Positions 63,541 through 64,000 of a stretch of 64,000 bases of DNA are shown here, in pieces; the stretch's first letter is position 1; each line of letters opens with the position of its first letter. The notes under the pieces are model-generated. The model saw only the letters and a program-made list of their open reading frames with translations, made no database searches and was not told the DNA's origin. This DNA comes from a virus. The translations under genes and the position numbers were made by a program. The stretch spans positions 87,378 through 151,377 of the IMG/VR virus record IMGVR_UViG_3300036792_000267, one strand, 5' to 3'.

Positions 63541-63578
63541 AGTCCCGTTCCTCTTGACCCGTGGCAAGATATATATCC

Positions 63579-63965
63579 ATGTGCTGCAACACCCACGCTG
63601 ACCGCGACGCGCTCGACCGCGCGCACCAGGTCGACGTTGACGCGCTCCTGGCCCCGTCCGAGGCCTGGCGGTGCCGCTGCTCGCAGACCTCCGCCCGGTG
63701 CCAGCGGAAGGCGACCGGCGAGGACCTGCTGTGCGACTGGTGCCGGACGGTCGACCACATGGCGTTCTGCGCGTCCGTCGTGGAGCCGTACGAGGCTGCA
63801 GTTCGCCCCTACGGCTCCGGTACCGACTTCTATGCCGCCGGGCGCGTCGGCGCATTTGAGTTCAGCCTGCCCCTGCGCTACGAGCGCTCGCTCATCGGGG
63901 ACTACCGCCTCGGGCTGCACGTTGCGCAGCCGCCGTCGCTGGTCATCGTTACCGGGATCGGCTGA
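63579..63965 (+). CDS. Cys-rich hypothetical protein
   Basis: ORF track; degenerate palindrome CTTGACCCGTGGCAAG at 63553 upstream. Confidence 0.5.
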   Translation: MCCNTHADRDALDRAHQVDVDALLAPSEAWRCRCSQTSARCQRKATGEDLLCDWCRTVDHMAFCASVVEPYEAAVRPYGSGTDFYAAGRVGAFEFSLPLRYERSLIGDYRLGLHVAQPPSLVIVTGIG

Positions 63966-64000
63966 GTTCCTGCGCGACCGCCGCCGGCTCCGCTAGCCTC

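Overview
This is a high-GC actinomycete siphovirus-type phage (or phage-plasmid) segment. Bases 1-19.2 kb hold a tail module: an EndoVII-type endonuclease, a 2758+ aa tape measure protein (TMP), minor tail proteins and a 1808-aa tail-tip protein. A reverse-strand DivIVA-domain gene follows. Bases 20-25.5 kb hold a Streptomyces-plasmid-like conjugation module (GntR/Kor repressor, HTH, membrane protein, TraB/FtsK). Bases 26.6-62.5 kb hold about 90 small + strand genes arranged as cassettes. About 30 cassettes start with the same element: an optional terminator hairpin, a CTTGAC-N4-GTCAAG palindrome overlapping a TTGACN-17/18-TANNNT promoter, then a leader with GGCAACCGAG and AGGGCAGGCAC boxes just before the start codon. 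Three findings stand out. (1) A ~740-nt highly structured putative ncRNA at 40250-40993 ends in a hairpin whose loop (ATGTCTCGGTTGCCTGCCCTGCC) is complementary to those leader/RBS boxes, so it is a candidate phage-wide RNA-guided translational control system. (2) The 5' end of the TMP gene has two TTA-initiated coding gaps with matched take-off/landing codons, a candidate for UUA/bldA-dependent ribosomal bypassing. (3) A kor-tra module and DivIVA sit inside a tailed-phage genome. All functional calls come from reading motifs by eye; no searches were run.
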